In this document: positions 59,816-64,000 of the stretch, piece by piece | Layout of the letters: every line of letters starts with the position of its first letter | How positions within the stretch are numbered: the stretch's first letter is position 1 | Assembly: GCA_963825865.1 (NCBI GenBank) | Contig: CAWGVG010000007.1 | Location: 1-64,000 of the forward strand | DNA from: an uncultured Nitrososphaeraceae archaeon | GTDB lineage: Archaea > Thermoproteota > Nitrososphaeria > Nitrososphaerales > Nitrososphaeraceae | DNA length: 64,000 nucleotides | Direction of reading: 5' to 3' | The notes under the pieces: model-generated | What the model was told of the DNA's origin: nothing | The model's input: the letters and a program-made list of their open reading frames with translations, nothing else | Databases searched by the model: none | Position numbers and translations under genes: made by a program

Positions 59816-59859
59816 TACTCGATGTATCTATGCGATTTTAGTTGTATAGGATAAGTTCA

Positions 59860-60030
59860 TTATTTATTAAGCATTTGTACATTCCCAGCCTTTTTCTTTC
59901 TAAGTATCTCCTTACCTTCTCTATTACTTGGTTTTAGCCTTAGCTGTATACCACAACATGGACAAAAATCCATCATGATATAAGTAAACTTCACATATTC
60001 TACAATACTTTTTTGCCAGAGAAGTAATAA
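59860..60030 (-). pseudogene. Small zinc-finger protein remnant
   Basis: KYCRICEV...CGIQLRLKP across frames. Confidence 0.4.
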
Positions 60031-61026
60031 TGGCATAGAATAAGAAACTGTTCGCCGGACTTTGACTATAACAAGGTTAGAGTTCTAATCAAAAAACTAT
60101 TATCAATAATGACGACCAAAGTTATTCTAATACGAACAAAATAAAATAAATTGATACATAATTACAAATCTACTACACAATTAATGAGGTTATATTTAAT
60201 GCAGGAGACTAACCTTTAACACAATGGCAGATGCAACAACCTAACTGTTTAATTTAAATTTTCGATTTCTTTATAAAACTCATTCATTCTATTCAAAGAT
60301 TCCTTCTGATAGTTTACTAAATCGATTATCCATTTATAAAACCATTCTCTAATATCTTTATCTTTTCGAAGGATTGATGACATCCTTGTTTTTGGGGATA
60401 ATTTCATTGAACCTGGCATTATAGAATACAGATCAATTTCCTTATTTTTTGATGTCTTTGATTCTTTATCATTTGATATTGGCTCCTTTTCTATCCATAC
60501 CCCTCGTCTTGCACAGAGCCAGTATTGTCGATGCATGCTGTGACACCTGTTGTTATTGCTGGTGCCGTTATCATGTTGTTGTGGTCGTTGGTGCCATAAC
60601 TACCGCCACCGCCATCACGACCCAGTATCTCATTCGATAGCCGTGGTGGTTGTTTTTATGGCGATTCTCCTGTTGTATCCTGTCCAAGCTCTGCGGTGTA
60701 TCCGGCTGCTCAAATCTTGGCGTTGCCTGTGAGTTTATAGTTGGTGTCACCGGCGTTGATGTTGCAGTGTTTCCCGGCGAATTGGTCCTGCTGTCAGAGT
60801 TCGCAGATGAGCCCGAGTTGGCGGTGTAACCCACGTGAATATCCTTTTCAATCCCGAAGCAGACAGGGTGTTTTGTATACTTAATGCCCCAGACAAAGAT
60901 GCAGTTGAAAAAAAAATCATAAAAAAATAGGAATCAGATGTGAATGGATTATACACAGGCAGCTAGTGCTTAAGCTTGGCTGAAACATACAGGAATAAGA
61001 GCGATTGCTTTTATTATAGTCGATGG

Positions 61027-62409
61027 TTATGATTCCCGTGTCTCTTTCTTACCCTTTGAGTAGTAAAGTTCGTTTAATACATCATGTAAGATTTCTTTTA
61101 CATTCTCCTCTTGCAAACGCTGCTCCTCCCAATGCAACTCCTCCTCTTTTTCTGATATTCTAGAACGTTTCTGCACAAACTTCACTTGATTTTCAAGTTC
61201 TTTTTCCATTTGCGATACTCCTATGGCCTTGAGAAGTGCCAGCTGGCTTGATGCGCTTTTGTAAAATTCTTTTCTCAGCTCAGAATCTCTAGATATATTC
61301 TTAGCCGAGGTAAAAATACCAACAAAAAGCAGGTATGCACCTAGCGGTATAAATGCCTGTGTTATAAAGCCATATGGCGGATAGACGTGATATTGTAATG
61401 GTGATATTTCAAAGGTGCCAAAGAGGATGGCCATGCCAATGGAGGAGATAAGAAGGGATTTACGAATTCTATCATCATAAACTAGTGTAGATGCAGTCCA
61501 AAAAGCCAGGCTGAATAATAGCGCTCCAACTTGCTTTGTAGCGCTAAAAATTAGAATGTAAATTATGCTATATGAGACAGGAGAGGACTGCAATAAAGAA
61601 AATAATACATCTCCAAAATAACCCTGTAAAGGAAAAATATAGTATATCAGAGGTATGCTCATAAGTGAAAAGTATTTTATTTTACCCATCTTGTGTCGAT
61701 ACTGGCTCAGAAATATCGCTGTAGCTACCCACATAAGTAAGAATGAAGACAGAGAGAGAGCGTCAAATGCTATGGATAACGATTCAGTAAATGGTAACCC
61801 ACCAAAGTTTGTTACATATGAAGTAATTGGATATGATTTTACATCGGGTAACGATGCACTGGAAAGATAGGATTCAAGGTATACGAGTGATACCACAAGG
61901 TTGACTGAGGCAAGTGCAAAGGATATGGCATACAGCATGATCACATAATTCCTCTTTGAGGCTAATAACCAGCCTGCAAACAAAAAGAACAGGAACGATA
62001 GAAATATCAATGCTGAAATATGGCTGAGATACGTTTGGACCTGCAATAAAATAAGACTGTATTTGTTTAGAATGAGCATTTGAAAAATAATTATGAGTAT
62101 GATGGCGATAGTCAAGATTTGTGTAGCACTAATTATTCCATTAAAATATCTAAGACCTAGCGGTGGTGCTGGCTTGTATACATGTGTTGACATAATCTTT
62201 CTCACAGAATTTAGCAATATTGTACTGCTTGCTACAAATATTATAGAAAAAATGACAAAAATTGCAACGTTTAACCAGGTCGGAGATTCGACTCCACTAT
62301 ATGAAGAAAAGTCCACAATAGTTGAATCAAAAACTACAACGGTTGTGAAAATCAATATAAAGATAAGTGAGGTCTTTTTACTCAGCGTTAAGGTGGCATA
62401 ACTAATCAT
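61027..62409 (-). CDS. Multi-pass membrane protein with charged C-terminal tail, module copy B
   Basis: Intact 460 aa, about ten hydrophobic segments, YPPYG, ISRDSELRKEFYK. Confidence 0.9.
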   Translation of the reverse strand: MISYATLTLSKKTSLIFILIFTTVVVFDSTIVDFSSYSGVESPTWLNVAIFVIFSIIFVASSTILLNSVRKIMSTHVYKPAPPLGLRYFNGIISATQILTIAIILIIIFQMLILNKYSLILLQVQTYLSHISALIFLSFLFFLFAGWLLASKRNYVIMLYAISFALASVNLVVSLVYLESYLSSASLPDVKSYPITSYVTNFGGLPFTESLSIAFDALSLSSFLLMWVATAIFLSQYRHKMGKIKYFSLMSIPLIYYIFPLQGYFGDVLFSLLQSSPVSYSIIYILIFSATKQVGALLFSLAFWTASTLVYDDRIRKSLLISSIGMAILFGTFEISPLQYHVYPPYGFITQAFIPLGAYLLFVGIFTSAKNISRDSELRKEFYKSASSQLALLKAIGVSQMEKELENQVKFVQKRSRISEKEEELHWEEQRLQEENVKEILHDVLNELYYSKGKKETRES

Positions 62410-62515
62410 TTTTTTACTTCACTTTATGAGATAGAAAGTATGTACACAAGCGTGTCTGTATGCTACTAGTTTAGGTTATCGAAAATAATAATAATATGAA
62501 CATAAAACCAAATCC

Positions 62516-63324
62516 ATGAATACCAATAGGATCCTTTGTACGATTAAGAAACGTAGTGGATCAACTTGTATCTTGGTTACATTTTTGCTTTTGTCAATTT
62601 TTTTCGCGTTTTCTGGACTGCACAGCGTATATGGAGTTGAATTGTTCTCAAAAGACGAAAAACCATTTGGCGTATCGTATGATGATTGGGTTGCTAAATA
62701 TTGGAATTGGGACGTTTCATTGAATACAGATCAGTACAGACCAAAACCAGACGGATGCTTGATCAATAAATCAGATTCACTGGTTATGCTAATGGATACA
62801 ACAGTGGAGGACTCCCCTCATCAGGTATGTAAGGTTTCGTCAAAGCAGGGTATCATATACCTCTGTGGATTGGAGATTGCGACACTGGAATTGATCTAAT
62901 GCACATTCAGAATCCGAATGTCAATTTGGACCAACAATTAACGCAATGCGCAAGAGAAGTATACAATCTAGGAAATATAAGATCGGAGGCTAAGGTTGAC
63001 GGCCTTCCTGTTGCTAAGCTTGACGTAAGAATGTCTTTGATATCCGGATCATTGGATTATAAGATAAATTCTCTAACAAACGTTACCGAATTTTACTCAA
63101 AGGGATTTAATCTTACGGTACCACCTGACACCCATGAAGCAGGTAGTAAGCCAGGAACATGGCGCTCAGGAAGTCAGGGATGGTGGGTCTTTTTGAAGCC
63201 ACTCCCTCTTGGAGAACATACAATCTTTTACAATATTCGCGTCACTCCAACAGGTGCCCTCACTTCACCTGGTACTAATCCTCATTTTGCAGATATTACA
63301 TACAAACTTCAGGTAGAAAAGTAA
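62516..63324 (+). CDS. Secreted Cys-containing protein of unknown function, module copy B (frameshifted)
   Basis: Signal peptide, [29 protein letters not shown]. Confidence 0.8.
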
Positions 63325-63551
63325 AAAGCGTCGTCGACATAATCCGTTATTGCGGCACATGCAAAATCGAAAAATAGCAACAAGCAATAGCCAATCAATC
63401 CCTATTAGTTAGTAAACAACTACTGTTAGCATATTCAAAACAATGTTACCAATAACCAGTAACACTATGAATATCTAAATAAGAGAAGCGAGCTCTTAGA
63501 TATATCTGAACTTGCTCCTGCTTATTAATAGCTTTAATAATGTTAGCTCTA

Positions 63552-64000
63552 TTAATCCAATTCGGCACTTAGTCTTTTAATCAAATAATCTATTGAAACT
63601 GGCTTTTTGATAAAACATCCCATACTTACATTTGGATATACCTCTCTTAAAGCCTCAATATTAGATTCTCCTGCAGTCATAAAGCAAACCCTAACGTTGA
63701 CATCTAACTCTGATATCTTTTGACAAAACTCAAGACCATTCATATCAGGCATATTAATATCAATTAGCAGTAAATCGTAAAAGTTTGGCTTGAATTCTGA
63801 TAATGCTGCTAAAGGGTTATTGTATGTGTATACTTGAAATCTTATTTTGTTTTCATTATCGTCCTCATAACCTTCATAATACGTTTCTAAACCTAACTTG
63901 TAGGTAAAAGTGGTATCAGCATTATCATCTACAATAAGGATTCTTTTGTAAAGTGGCTCCTTTGTTGTTTTTATATCGATAGTATTTGATTCGTGATTTT
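63552..64000 (-). CDS. Stand-alone receiver protein, module copy B (start outside window)
   Basis: Frame open to the window edge: RILIVDD, LLIDINMP, FMTA, IKKP. Confidence 0.9.
   Translation of the reverse strand, partial: NHESNTIDIKTTKEPLYKRILIVDDNADTTFTYKLGLETYYEGYEDDNENKIRFQVYTYNNPLAALSEFKPNFYDLLLIDINMPDMNGLEFCQKISELDVNVRVCFMTAGESNIEALREVYPNVSMGCFIKKPVSIDYLIKRLSAELD

Noticed and set aside
50446-64000. attR for the tRNA-Arg(GCG) element
   Set aside because: No copy of TTCGAATCCCTCTGGACCC seen by eye.

Overview
AT-rich archaeal DNA, most consistent with a soil ammonia-oxidising archaeon (Nitrososphaerales/Thaumarchaeota). The evidence is an archaeal histone, intron-containing tRNAs, a two-gene metH, a PriS-PriX-type primase and stand-alone receiver proteins. 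Single-base frameshifts are pervasive and hit core genes (histone, trpC, metH), so most split ORFs are probably consensus errors and many calls below join several ORF-track fragments. A short core block (~37.7-50.4 kb: GNAT, histone, tRNA-Cys, DUF309, trpCBA, metH) lies between two large accessory regions. Each accessory region contains a tRNA-Arg followed directly by a tyrosine integrase. The element at tRNA-Arg(CCT) encodes a near-complete replisome: an ATPase/helicase probably fused to a family B DNA polymerase, an SSB-like protein and a PriS-PriX primase. The linker DNA between helicase and polymerase is a 2x105-bp palindromic iteron-like array. Other notable observations: (i) a kinase-less three-gene module (multi-pass membrane protein, secreted Cys-containing protein, lone receiver) occurs at both ends of the window; (ii) trpA has lost its catalytic segment while trpB is intact; (iii) there are orphan terminase-like genes with no capsid genes; (iv) two unrelated hydrolases share an N-terminal export cassette. 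All family assignments come from motif recognition by eye, not database searches.
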